A stretch of DNA of 55,833 bases from a virus (taxonomy: Duplodnaviria; Caudoviricetes): the IMG/VR virus record IMGVR_UViG_3300032401_002140, positions 1-55,833 of that record. One strand, 5' to 3'. The notes under the pieces are model-generated. The model did not search any database. It was not told the DNA's origin and saw only the letters and a program-made list of their open reading frames with translations. Shown here one piece after another: positions 38,808 through 48,294 of this stretch. Numbering within the stretch: the stretch's first letter is position 1; each line of letters begins with the position of its first letter. The translations under genes were made by a program, and so were the position numbers.

Positions 38808-39449
38808 ATGGGAAGTTTGGTAACGAGAGACCGGGCGTATTGGGCATGTCCCCGTATTGAGAGGCCGGAAAAAGATGAATATACCGATGGAACGCAAAAA
38901 TATATACAATCCGCCTACCGATGGCATAAATCCTTATTTTTATGGTATGCGCTAGGAACGACCCCTTCTGAATCAGAGATCAGCGATGCGTTAGCAGAAG
39001 AGTTTTCACCCGGGACGGATTATGTATGTTCTCCCCAATTGTTATCGGGATTAGTCCAAGAACATCCCGACTTATCTTATTGTCATTTACATTATATCGG
39101 GATTAAGTTATCGAATGGATTACCGGATATCACCGGACAGATACCCTATTATTTACCGGTTGCCGCAGTTCAACAAATTAAAATATCCCGACGCCCATTA
39201 GCCGATGGGAATCAAGACCCGCAAAATTTAGGAACCTATCAAGAGATCCGATATCAGGTACGATGGGCACGGTGTGCGAATGAAAACTCGTCCCAAATAA
39301 CGAAATTTATTTCACAATTTTTTTATCCCCAGACGAATTATATACTGGATATGCAGAGTTTAATCAGCAGTTTACGACCTATTTCGCCCAAGAATAATGC
39401 GATCGGCCGGTTTGACGGGATATTGATTGGGAAATATTTAACTAATTAG
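38808..39449 (+). CDS. Hypothetical tail-region protein
   Basis: 213 aa ORF in the late operon. Confidence 0.55.
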   Translation: MGSLVTRDRAYWACPRIERPEKDEYTDGTQKYIQSAYRWHKSLFLWYALGTTPSESEISDALAEEFSPGTDYVCSPQLLSGLVQEHPDLSYCHLHYIGIKLSNGLPDITGQIPYYLPVAAVQQIKISRRPLADGNQDPQNLGTYQEIRYQVRWARCANENSSQITKFISQFFYPQTNYILDMQSLISSLRPISPKNNAIGRFDGILIGKYLTN

Positions 39450-39459
39450 GAGAACGATT

Positions 39460-40449
39460 ATGGTTGAAATAGATGTTGAGATGAAAAAGGCCATGACATT
39501 TTTTGAAGCCGTCATGGCGATGAATCATGGCGATATGGAATTACCCGGAATCAGACAAATCCAGATTAATTATATCAAAGAAATATTCATGATGATTTAT
39601 GGTGAAAATATTCAAGCCTTATCACCCGAACAACAGGCGATCCTGGTTCAAAGATTTGAGAAATATGGGATGGTAGAACCGAAAGAACGAATATTATTAT
39701 CGGCAATTTATAAAAGTTTAAGCGATACAGATTATTTAAAAAAGAATGGCGCGGATAAAGTGGTTGACGATGTACGGAAATTTTTATATCCGATATTTAA
39801 CCAGGATCTGCCGGAAGCAGTCTTAGCGGATGTAAAAGAAGAATCCATAAATTTGGAAGAGGAGGATCGGATATTTAACCGATTTCCAAACGATGTGAGA
39901 TATTTAAGCAAGAAAGAAACCGAGGAACGATATGAGAAATCGGAAAAGCAAAAGGATTATCTGAAAGGAAATGTTAAAGATTTGGCCATATTATGGGATG
40001 AGAACCGGAAGCAAGCGCATTTGGGAGAGGAACCGGCAGCCAAAAGAGCATCCGCTCAAGATTGGTTATGGATATGGTACCTGGAAATGCAATCCAAGAA
40101 AGTGAAAGTGGATTTGGGGATGTTGGAATTGCGGGTACGATTACAGCATTGGATAAATTTTTTATGGCCGAACCAGACTCAGGTGGATCGATATAATGAA
40201 TCAAGAATAAAAGAGAAGTTACCGCGGTGGGTCCGGGAAAATCAAAATGAACCCCCTTCCTGGTATCTGGAGATATTAAAGAAAATAGAAACCGACGGGA
40301 AAACAAAATTTGACCGGATTAAAGAACGGATTAAGTTTTATTTGAATGAATTGAATAATCGATTGTTGTCCTATCATAATCCGGATTTATTGATAACGGT
40401 ATCGGCGATAGAGAATCGTCCCGATGCAGAAAGAAATAAGAAAAAATAA
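39460..40449 (+). CDS. Helical charged protein, possible tail assembly chaperone
   Basis: 329 aa; position. Confidence 0.45.
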   Translation: MVEIDVEMKKAMTFFEAVMAMNHGDMELPGIRQIQINYIKEIFMMIYGENIQALSPEQQAILVQRFEKYGMVEPKERILLSAIYKSLSDTDYLKKNGADKVVDDVRKFLYPIFNQDLPEAVLADVKEESINLEEEDRIFNRFPNDVRYLSKKETEERYEKSEKQKDYLKGNVKDLAILWDENRKQAHLGEEPAAKRASAQDWLWIWYLEMQSKKVKVDLGMLELRVRLQHWINFLWPNQTQVDRYNESRIKEKLPRWVRENQNEPPSWYLEILKKIETDGKTKFDRIKERIKFYLNELNNRLLSYHNPDLLITVSAIENRPDAERNKKK

Positions 40450-41222
40450 TGTATCCCCGATCAGTTATCATAAATGGACAAGATAAACGGACGGTAGTTA
40501 ATCCGATTACAGAGACGGAATATACCCTGGTTGGGAATTCGGGGTTGAATACGTTGCGATTGCGTGAATCTCCCAGTAATATCAGCCCGAATACTCTGGG
40601 TATAACCAGTGTGGGTCATCCCGGGAGTTATGTATATTCGATTGTCAATCATCAACCCATCGCCGGTGGAGAATTTCGGGTAGATTGGAATAATAACCGG
40701 ATATTTATTTATGCGTTTGCCGCGGACGATGCGATTTCGATCAGTTATAAGGGTAAAGGGACTGTCCGGTTAATCGATGATTTGAAATTAATATACCTGG
40801 AACAGAAATTAAAAGTTGATTTTGTCGGATCCCCATCGCCGGGAGAGGTTTTGGGGAAGCGATATACAGGATTGGATAAATTGTTGAATGCAGAACCTTT
40901 GCAATATGCGACGCAAACCGCCGATCAGTTTTTGGATATTACCATGTTTGAAATTAATCTGGATCGACAGGCCACGGACGATATATTGCAGTTACGATTT
41001 GAGGCGGTGAATGGAGCGAATGCGATTGAATCGTATTATGAATTGACGGATTTGATCACGAAAAATAGCGGGAATTATTTTTTACAAAGCGCCGCAGCGG
41101 GGAATTATTTATTGCGGATATCCAAGAGTCATCCGTATTTACGAATATTATGTAAAGACGGATCGGCATTGAGCGGAGTAACGGGAGTTCATATTCAGGG
41201 ATATTGCATAGAAATAGTTTAG
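40449..41222 (+). CDS. Virion structural protein
   Basis: GEFRVDWNNNRIF...ISISYKGKGT motif typical of tail/baseplate beta domains. Confidence 0.55.
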   Translation: MYPRSVIINGQDKRTVVNPITETEYTLVGNSGLNTLRLRESPSNISPNTLGITSVGHPGSYVYSIVNHQPIAGGEFRVDWNNNRIFIYAFAADDAISISYKGKGTVRLIDDLKLIYLEQKLKVDFVGSPSPGEVLGKRYTGLDKLLNAEPLQYATQTADQFLDITMFEINLDRQATDDILQLRFEAVNGANAIESYYELTDLITKNSGNYFLQSAAAGNYLLRISKSHPYLRILCKDGSALSGVTGVHIQGYCIEIV

Positions 41223-41303
41223 AGTTTCTAGTTTAAAGTTTCTAGTTGGAAAGATGGATTCCAGCTTTCGCTGGAATGACAAATTGAATAATAGATAAAA
41301 AAT

Positions 41304-41621
41304 ATGGCGCCATTACAACCACCGATTGAAGTCTTTGACGGGAATGATACGTATGTCAGTATCGAGACTGTGGAAGAGGATCAATTAAAAATTCATGGTC
41401 AGCGGTTTATAGAGTTTCAGCGGGATAATGAAGGACGGAGAGTGGAAGATGATGAGGGGGTTGGTAGTATAGCCCGTAATAATAATGATGTTAAGAAACA
41501 GGGGGTATTGATTACGTTCTTTGAATCGGATCGGTTGGGAACCGGGAAACATGCGTTTGTTGGAACACCGACTATTCAATATCAACGATTGAGTATCGGG
41601 CCGTCGGAGTTTGTAACTTAA
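41304..41621 (+). CDS. Hypothetical tail-region protein
   Basis: 105 aa between repeat cassettes. Confidence 0.55.
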   Translation: MAPLQPPIEVFDGNDTYVSIETVEEDQLKIHGQRFIEFQRDNEGRRVEDDEGVGSIARNNNDVKKQGVLITFFESDRLGTGKHAFVGTPTIQYQRLSIGPSEFVT

Positions 41622-41794
41622 AAACAAGTTTCTAGTTTAAAGTTTCTAGTTTCTAGTTGAAAGAGCTATTGGCTATCAGCTAAAGAAGAAGTTTCTAGTT
41701 TAAAGTTTCTAGTTTCTAGTTTGGGTGTCGGGAAAGAGATAAGACGTATCATTCCCGACGCTGCAGAAAGCTTAAGATTTAAAGTTGAAAGGAA

Positions 41795-42004
41795 GTGAAT
41801 GAAATGAAAATGTATAAAAGCGGGAATAATTCATTAAAAATTAATGGGATCCAATATCCGTTGGGAGAAGAAATTCCAAAAGAAATAGTTGATAATTTGA
41901 CTCCTGACAGAAAGATAAATTTGATCAGTATGTTGCGAATGGTCATATCAAAGCCATTGAAATACTTGATGAAATATAAGAAAGATGGGAATAGGATACC
42001 GTAA
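41795..42004 (+). CDS. Small hypothetical protein
   Basis: 69 aa between repeat cassettes. Confidence 0.45.
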   Translation: MNEMKMYKSGNNSLKINGIQYPLGEEIPKEIVDNLTPDRKINLISMLRMVISKPLKYLMKYKKDGNRIP

Positions 42005-42080
42005 AAGAACCCTCACCCTGGCCCTCTCCCAGAGGGAGAGGGAAAAGAAAGATGACCAATGAAGAGGGAAAGAGTAAAAG

Positions 42081-44345
42081 ATGGCGATTGGAGATTTATT
42101 AATCCCGACGGAGTTACCGACTGAGAATTTAATTAATTGGGATGCGGCGCGCCAGCGGTGTAATTGTATCTTTCCAGCGGGTCATCTATTCGCCGGTCAA
42201 CGGGTTTGTAAGAGACGGGATAATTTGGGATTAGCGATCATCTCCTCGGTTGGCGGGATTAAATATTATCTTGAGGAATTACGCAGTTATTGGTCCAGTA
42301 TATTTCAGATCTGTTTTGGATATTTCCCGGTCGAATGGTTTCCAAATTATTGGACGCATGTGATTTATCCGGATCCGCCGGCTATACCCTATGATGCCTA
42401 TTCAATTCCCATTCATGGATTTAGTTCTTATGAACCGAATTTTATTAATTTGGAAGATGTAATTTATGTAACCTCCGGGGAGATCAATATTCTTGAGATA
42501 GAGAAACAGGACGAGGGGGATATCTTAACCACGAATGTAGATTTACGGAATTTGAAATTTGGGAAAAGTTATTATTCCATTGAATATCCGGATGCTCAAC
42601 CGCGGTGTATCTATAATATTGATTGGGTGGATACGGATGAAAATGAAGTACCGGTTTATCCTTTGGAATGCGGCAAGAATAATGGGCATATCTATACGGA
42701 ACATTGGACGGGATGCGGGAATTTCAAACGTAAAAAGATCAGTCCATGGGCGGAATATTATGGATTACGGTCCCAGGAACATACGGATGCAACCAAAGGG
42801 ATTCCCTGTGCTAATACCCAATGTCCGGATTATCAGAATCTGCAAGTAACAACTATTGGGGGAGAGAATCCCGGACCTCAATCCTATCGAATATCCGTGG
42901 ATATATCATGCAGTATCCAGGAAGGGGATGTGATTGTATTCACCCAGGGATATTTATCCAATCCGGTCTATGCCAATAATGTGGGGAAAAGTTTAATGTA
43001 TCATGGCGGGAGACAATTCCTGGTGGATAAGATATTACCGGATGATGGGGTTTATACTAAAATTAAATTAAAGAATGTCTGTCAGAATGATTTAATTAAT
43101 GCGCCGTTTGGGAGTTATGGCGGGGATTCGTTTGTAGTGGTGCGGTTAAAAGATTCACCGGTATGGAGTTGGGTAACAGATAATCAAAGACGAATGGTGT
43201 ATGGGAATTATCTGGAAACTGATGTAATCAGTATACCGAATCGGGGAACGATAGAAATTTGGGAGTTCAATGGGGAAGGTAATTTGCGGGAAGGGGATAT
43301 TGCCAGAGTCGGGAAGGAATATATCCAGATTATGTCGGTGGATTCGGAGGGAGATATTATGAGTTGTCATGTCCGGAGGGGGTATTTTGATGAGAATTTA
43401 TTGATGTATAATCAGAATGATAATGAAGGCGGGGATGAGAATATTCATCCGATTCCCTGCGTTGAACCGATCACGGAAGATAATTCTATCATGCATCGTC
43501 ATCCGAAAGGATCCGGGGTGGTGGTGGATATGCGGAAATGTTGGTTTGATTATACGGATCATTGCAATGGAATAATTTGTATCCGGCGAAGACCGAGTAT
43601 AGCAGATAAATACCAAGGCGGGAGTACAGACGTCTGTACAAATACAACCTGTCATACCTATTGGTCCCGACCGGCGATCTATCGTTCGACCATATTCCAT
43701 GAGTTAGTCCATCGGGTGACAACCCGGGAAGGACATCAGCAAACGGCTATTATCTATAATGATAAAGGAAATTCAACAGCGACTATATTGGATTATTTCT
43801 TAACGGAAGTTACGGGACCGTCGGCGATGGCCTGTTTGGGGAAATGGGGATTGATTGAGACTATGGGAAGTAGCCAATATTTACCCTATTATTTTAATAC
43901 CGGGATATTAAATTGCCGGAATTATGGCTGGAGACGGACCTATGGCGCAGATATTGTAGAAGGGGAATTAGAGGTAGAGTTTGATGAATCTGGGGATCCG
44001 ATCGATTATGGCCATCCGCATAATGGGGCGATATGCCAGTTTAGGGAGGATGCTTTGATGTATATCGATAATACCTGGCAATTGATTAATGGCGGGGATT
44101 GGGTGGTTGGTGGGGATATTGCGGTATTTGCCGGGATGGATGGGAATGTAAAGCCGGGAATTATTTATCAGGCCTTGGGTGCGATGTCTTATAGGAATAG
44201 GCATTTTTATGATGAGAATGACAAACCAACGGGGAGTGGGATGATTGTGGGTATGAGACGGTTATCTTTATTATCATGGTGTATAAAGCCATTAAATGGG
44301 TTTAGTGGGAATAGTTTGTGGAATGGGGTAGAGAGATGGGTGTAA
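42081..44345 (+). CDS. Cys-rich tail/virion protein
   Basis: 754 aa; GKEYIQI...VRRGY...HPKGSGV tail-protein motif; several Cys clusters. Confidence 0.6.
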   Translation: MAIGDLLIPTELPTENLINWDAARQRCNCIFPAGHLFAGQRVCKRRDNLGLAIISSVGGIKYYLEELRSYWSSIFQICFGYFPVEWFPNYWTHVIYPDPPAIPYDAYSIPIHGFSSYEPNFINLEDVIYVTSGEINILEIEKQDEGDILTTNVDLRNLKFGKSYYSIEYPDAQPRCIYNIDWVDTDENEVPVYPLECGKNNGHIYTEHWTGCGNFKRKKISPWAEYYGLRSQEHTDATKGIPCANTQCPDYQNLQVTTIGGENPGPQSYRISVDISCSIQEGDVIVFTQGYLSNPVYANNVGKSLMYHGGRQFLVDKILPDDGVYTKIKLKNVCQNDLINAPFGSYGGDSFVVVRLKDSPVWSWVTDNQRRMVYGNYLETDVISIPNRGTIEIWEFNGEGNLREGDIARVGKEYIQIMSVDSEGDIMSCHVRRGYFDENLLMYNQNDNEGGDENIHPIPCVEPITEDNSIMHRHPKGSGVVVDMRKCWFDYTDHCNGIICIRRRPSIADKYQGGSTDVCTNTTCHTYWSRPAIYRSTIFHELVHRVTTREGHQQTAIIYNDKGNSTATILDYFLTEVTGPSAMACLGKWGLIETMGSSQYLPYYFNTGILNCRNYGWRRTYGADIVEGELEVEFDESGDPIDYGHPHNGAICQFREDALMYIDNTWQLINGGDWVVGGDIAVFAGMDGNVKPGIIYQALGAMSYRNRHFYDENDKPTGSGMIVGMRRLSLLSWCIKPLNGFSGNSLWNGVERWV

Positions 44346-44452
44346 TAATAAGTTTCTAGTTTAAAGTTTCTAGTTTCTAGTTCCCTCACCCTGGCCCTCT
44401 CCCAGAGGGAGAGGGAAAAGAAAGATGAAGAGTAGAAAAGAAAGGAAGATAG

Positions 44453-47400
44453 ATGGGGAATAGTAGTAAAGGTGGAGATGGTCATGAAACGCAAAGGCCG
44501 ATATTAGCCGATGATGCGTGTGGTATACCGGAGTCTATGCTCCCTCCGGCTGGGGAAGCGTGCGGGTTTATAGAATATTATAAACATATTCCTTATGAAG
44601 CGGAATTTATTCGGTTCCCCCGCCGGCAGGATTATCAATATACCCAAAAGGTACAGGCTAAAATAATCAAACCGCATAAGGATCCGGCATTAAAAAGTTA
44701 TGATTTCAAGAAACGATCGGATGGGTCAACGGTATCGAAACGATTATTGTTAAGCGAGATTGATCATGGGATGGCGCGCAGCGGGGAGGATAGCCGATGG
44801 GATGAGGATTATGAACCGTTGGATTGGTCAAATTGGCTGGCGCAAAATGAATCTTTACCGGAAACATTCCTGGCTTGGACAGAGAAATATAAGAAAATCA
44901 CCGGAGCGGTGAATCAATTGTATTCCACGGGGATATTATGCGATGGGGATTTACGGAAATTTGTATTCATAAACGGGGGATATGATAAGAACGATGACCG
45001 GGATTCAGATGAGATTGAGGAAGATGATAATTTCCAGATCTTGAATGTAACCGATACGAAACTATGTCATGTTAATCATTTTGAAGCAAATATCATGATG
45101 GGCGGGAATATCTGCGGTCGACCGGATACGTATAATGTCAGTGATGAAGTGGATTTTGAATTGGGGGAAATCGATTCAAAAGCGGTAGAATTGGATTGTA
45201 TCTGGTTTCAACCGGATGGATATAAAGATATCCGGAATTGTTTTAGTATCAAGCGTGCCATTCCCTGTCATGCCGGTGCACCGACAATATCCCAGATCCC
45301 GATTATAGTAAAAAAGACCAATCATGCGGATGTCCCGGTATCCCCAGATAATTGGAATTTATTGAATTTGAATTTGGATTTTATAGAAATCTGCGATCAA
45401 TATGGCGAAGTACTATTGCCCAGTGAAGCGGTGATCTATTTGGATGCGGGGGATGAGAATACGGTGCATGTTACGGAAGAGATGGATTTTGGGATTTATT
45501 CCATTGGCCGGATTAAACCCGGATCGTTGCGGGTATTGGATGTGGGTTATCCCGGATATACAGATGAAGGGGAAGGCGGGATTCAATATCCGAATGTGAA
45601 TGGATATCAAGGGCCGGTGGAGTTGGTAGAAGGGGAAGGCGCAGATTATAGTATACCGAGTTATGGATGTATTGTGGGACAAATTGATTTGAATATCGGA
45701 TTAAAATTCAAATGGAAATCGGTTCATGAATCCACCCGTCAGGATCAATATATGATTACGGGTTATGAGGTATCAAATGGGTATTTGTTATTGAATGCAG
45801 CAGCGACAGAAATTATCCGGATAACCCGGAATGGCGAGGAGGATGAGAGTTGGGAATTTGATTTTGATGAACCCAAGAAAATCCCCCTGGATAATTTAGT
45901 ATTGGATGAAGTGATTGAAGTGGAATATAAATGGGTTCGACCAATTTGTGTCCGGATGGAATGTGAGATTATCGACCGGAGTAATGAAAATATGTTTGCC
46001 ACATGGAGGGATGAATTAATAGCGGTAGCGAATGAATGTAAGATTGTGAAATATACGAAATTTACACCAGAATTGGTAGGATATGGCGCTATCCGGTTTA
46101 ATGCCGGATTGATATTATATACGCCCTATCCACCGGTGGAACCCTCTTATTTTTTAAATGCCGGCAATGGGAAATATCCCGCATTTAATGGGACTGAATT
46201 AACCCGACCGGTCTATATCACCTCATCCGGAGTCGGAGGTATCGGACATAAAGGACAGGTACCCGGAAAATTTCAGAATTTATATGTGGTCGATGAATAT
46301 TATGGAGAAGTTATTCCATTTAATTCCATCGGGGGATTAATGGTATTATGCCAATATGGGAAAGATATTATCAAGAAAGTAACCGCCCGAGTGCAAGTGA
46401 ATAATATGTCGTTCCATAAACAGACTTGTACACAAGGAGATGAGTCTCATGTAAATAGCGGTGCGATGGCGTTTCGGGATACGTTATATCAACCCGGGGA
46501 AATGGAAGGATGGGATGCGGAATTCACAGATTGGACAGAACAATCGATTGCAGAAGCTCAACCGAAATTAGCGTGTAAAATTGTTTATACCCAGAAACAA
46601 GAAATCGGAGCACAGAATTTGAAATTGAAGTTAACTAATTGTATGAATTATAAAGAGGGGATTGGCGGGGGAATCGGAGGATGTGAAATTGGAAAGGCAG
46701 GATTGGGCGGGGTTTATTCATCCTGGATGTATCATATGAGTTCATCCTGTAAATATCGTCATCCCTTATCCCAACGGGACGGATGTGGATATGAAGAGAC
46801 GGGCGGAGGGGGAGTGATGTTTGATGATAATGGGGCGGATAGTTGGGAGAGTGCGGAAGGATATTTTCGGAGTCATACGAATGATTTTGGATTACATGCC
46901 TTGGAAGATAATTTCCCATTCGGACGAACGGCTCATACGGCCGTCTTGGATCCGTTTTTGTTTTATCCATATGATGAAGTCGGGGATCATCCGGAGTATA
47001 CCGCCTTGGGATGGAACTTGAATCAGGATCATGGAATCAGATGCGGGATATCATTGGCGGGGGATTCGTTGGGGAATACCCGGGTGATTTCAAAATGGCA
47101 TGGGTTGTTTGACGGGGAAGGGAAAGCGATCGCAGAGGAACCGATAACGGACCCGGATCAGATTATTGATTTTGATATTACGGAAGCGATTGTTTGGATG
47201 ATAGAACATATCAATGAACATCCGAATTTCGGGTTATATTTTTGTTCACATTTTGCGGTGGATGGGACGCAACCGACGGATGAATGGATGTGCTATTCTC
47301 AACGCGATGAAGCGGAATCGTTTAATTATGCCTGGAGTTATGAAGCCTGGCAGGATTTGATGCAGGTGACGTTATTGGAATTGGCGGTGGAGTTTAAGAA

Positions 47401-47464
47401 GGATACTAAGATGGTGGAGGATCAGGTGCAGGAGGTTGTTCATTATCCGTTTATACAAAAATAA
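44453..47464 (+). CDS. Large acidic virion/tail protein
   Basis: 1003 aa; D/E/G-rich; FDITEAIVWM...NFGLYF C-terminal motif resembling DNRLRE/CBM96-like ends. Confidence 0.6.
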   Translation: MGNSSKGGDGHETQRPILADDACGIPESMLPPAGEACGFIEYYKHIPYEAEFIRFPRRQDYQYTQKVQAKIIKPHKDPALKSYDFKKRSDGSTVSKRLLLSEIDHGMARSGEDSRWDEDYEPLDWSNWLAQNESLPETFLAWTEKYKKITGAVNQLYSTGILCDGDLRKFVFINGGYDKNDDRDSDEIEEDDNFQILNVTDTKLCHVNHFEANIMMGGNICGRPDTYNVSDEVDFELGEIDSKAVELDCIWFQPDGYKDIRNCFSIKRAIPCHAGAPTISQIPIIVKKTNHADVPVSPDNWNLLNLNLDFIEICDQYGEVLLPSEAVIYLDAGDENTVHVTEEMDFGIYSIGRIKPGSLRVLDVGYPGYTDEGEGGIQYPNVNGYQGPVELVEGEGADYSIPSYGCIVGQIDLNIGLKFKWKSVHESTRQDQYMITGYEVSNGYLLLNAAATEIIRITRNGEEDESWEFDFDEPKKIPLDNLVLDEVIEVEYKWVRPICVRMECEIIDRSNENMFATWRDELIAVANECKIVKYTKFTPELVGYGAIRFNAGLILYTPYPPVEPSYFLNAGNGKYPAFNGTELTRPVYITSSGVGGIGHKGQVPGKFQNLYVVDEYYGEVIPFNSIGGLMVLCQYGKDIIKKVTARVQVNNMSFHKQTCTQGDESHVNSGAMAFRDTLYQPGEMEGWDAEFTDWTEQSIAEAQPKLACKIVYTQKQEIGAQNLKLKLTNCMNYKEGIGGGIGGCEIGKAGLGGVYSSWMYHMSSSCKYRHPLSQRDGCGYEETGGGGVMFDDNGADSWESAEGYFRSHTNDFGLHALEDNFPFGRTAHTAVLDPFLFYPYDEVGDHPEYTALGWNLNQDHGIRCGISLAGDSLGNTRVISKWHGLFDGEGKAIAEEPITDPDQIIDFDITEAIVWMIEHINEHPNFGLYFCSHFAVDGTQPTDEWMCYSQRDEAESFNYAWSYEAWQDLMQVTLLELAVEFKKDTKMVEDQVQEVVHYPFIQK

Positions 47465-47495
47465 GTTTCTAGTTTCTAGTTTAAAGTTTCTAGGT

Positions 47496-47599
47496 GGCGT
47501 CGGGAAATACACAAAGATCGTTTCATTCCCGACGCAGAGAGTTTAAAGTTTCTAGTTGGCGTCGGGAAATACACAAAGGACGTTTCATTCCCGACGCAG
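47496..47599. terminator. Tandem family-B hairpins between convergent genes; probable bidirectional terminator or RNA stabiliser
   Basis: Two GCGTCGGGAA/TTCCCGACGC stems between the stops at 47464 (+) and 47605 (-). Confidence 0.5.
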
Positions 47600-47604
47600 A
47601 GAAT

Positions 47605-48042
47605 TTAGAAGAATTGAATAAAAAACATAAACAGTAAACCTAGAAACATAATAAAAAGAATTAAAGCCAGTGGATTGAGGCGATGAAATATGAGTAATGA
47701 ATTATCTTTATTAAAAAGAGGGAAGGATAGATCTATAATGAAAATTTTCCAGAGACAGAAAAATGATATATATAAGCAGAAAAGAAATGGGAGGTAATCT
47801 AAAAGGATTAATGGAAAAGAATAATCAGAATTATATTCCGGTTTATTTTTGGGCCATATTGGCGCAGCTCCATTTTTTATATCTTTAGCAATTTGTTCCG
47901 GATCAAACGGTTCATTAAAGGATTTATGTTCTAAAAACAATTGATGTTGATGCAATATATAATATTGACGATAAGTAACAATTAAAAAGAGAAATCCAAA
48001 AATGAAGTATAAAATAAATCTAAAATCTTTAGACCCTTTCAT
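47605..48042 (-). CDS. 3-TM membrane protein (moron; candidate superinfection exclusion)
   Basis: AT-rich, antisense to late genes, own leaderless promoter; loop motif IAKDIKNGAAPIWP. Confidence 0.7.
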   Translation of the reverse strand: MKGSKDFRFILYFIFGFLFLIVTYRQYYILHQHQLFLEHKSFNEPFDPEQIAKDIKNGAAPIWPKNKPEYNSDYSFPLILLDYLPFLFCLYISFFCLWKIFIIDLSFPLFNKDNSLLIFHRLNPLALILFIMFLGLLFMFFIQFF

Positions 48043-48048
48043 GGAAAT

Positions 48049-48077
48049 AGTATATGGCAATTAAAAGAATTATTCAA
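48049..48077 (-). promoter_or_regulatory. Leaderless sigma70 promoter of the 3-TM gene
   Basis: TTGAAT-17 nt-TATACT, then 6 nt to ATG 48042. Confidence 0.7.
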
Positions 48078-48108
48078 TGTAGAAATATAAAATGAGGAGG
48101 ATTAGAAT
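48072..48108 (+). promoter_or_regulatory. Putative late promoter 5 (large internal protein)
   Basis: ATTCAATGTAG (one mismatch), TAGAAT at offset 32; box overlaps the -35 of the divergent promoter. Confidence 0.65.
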
Positions 48109-48294
48109 CAAGGCATGAAAGATCAGGAAAGTTTCTAGTTTCCAGGTGGCGTCGGGAAATACACAAAGAACGTTTCATTCCCGACGCAGCAGAAAACCCT
48201 CACCCTGACCCTCTCCCAGAGGGAGAGGGATAAAGATGGATTCCAGCTTTCGCTGGAATGACAGGTGATTGGGGAAAGAGGAAAGGAAAATGAT

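Noticed and set aside
47464-47600. CRISPR-like mini-array from repeated hairpins
   Set aside because: Only two units, separated by the heptamer repeat rather than unique spacers; no cas genes
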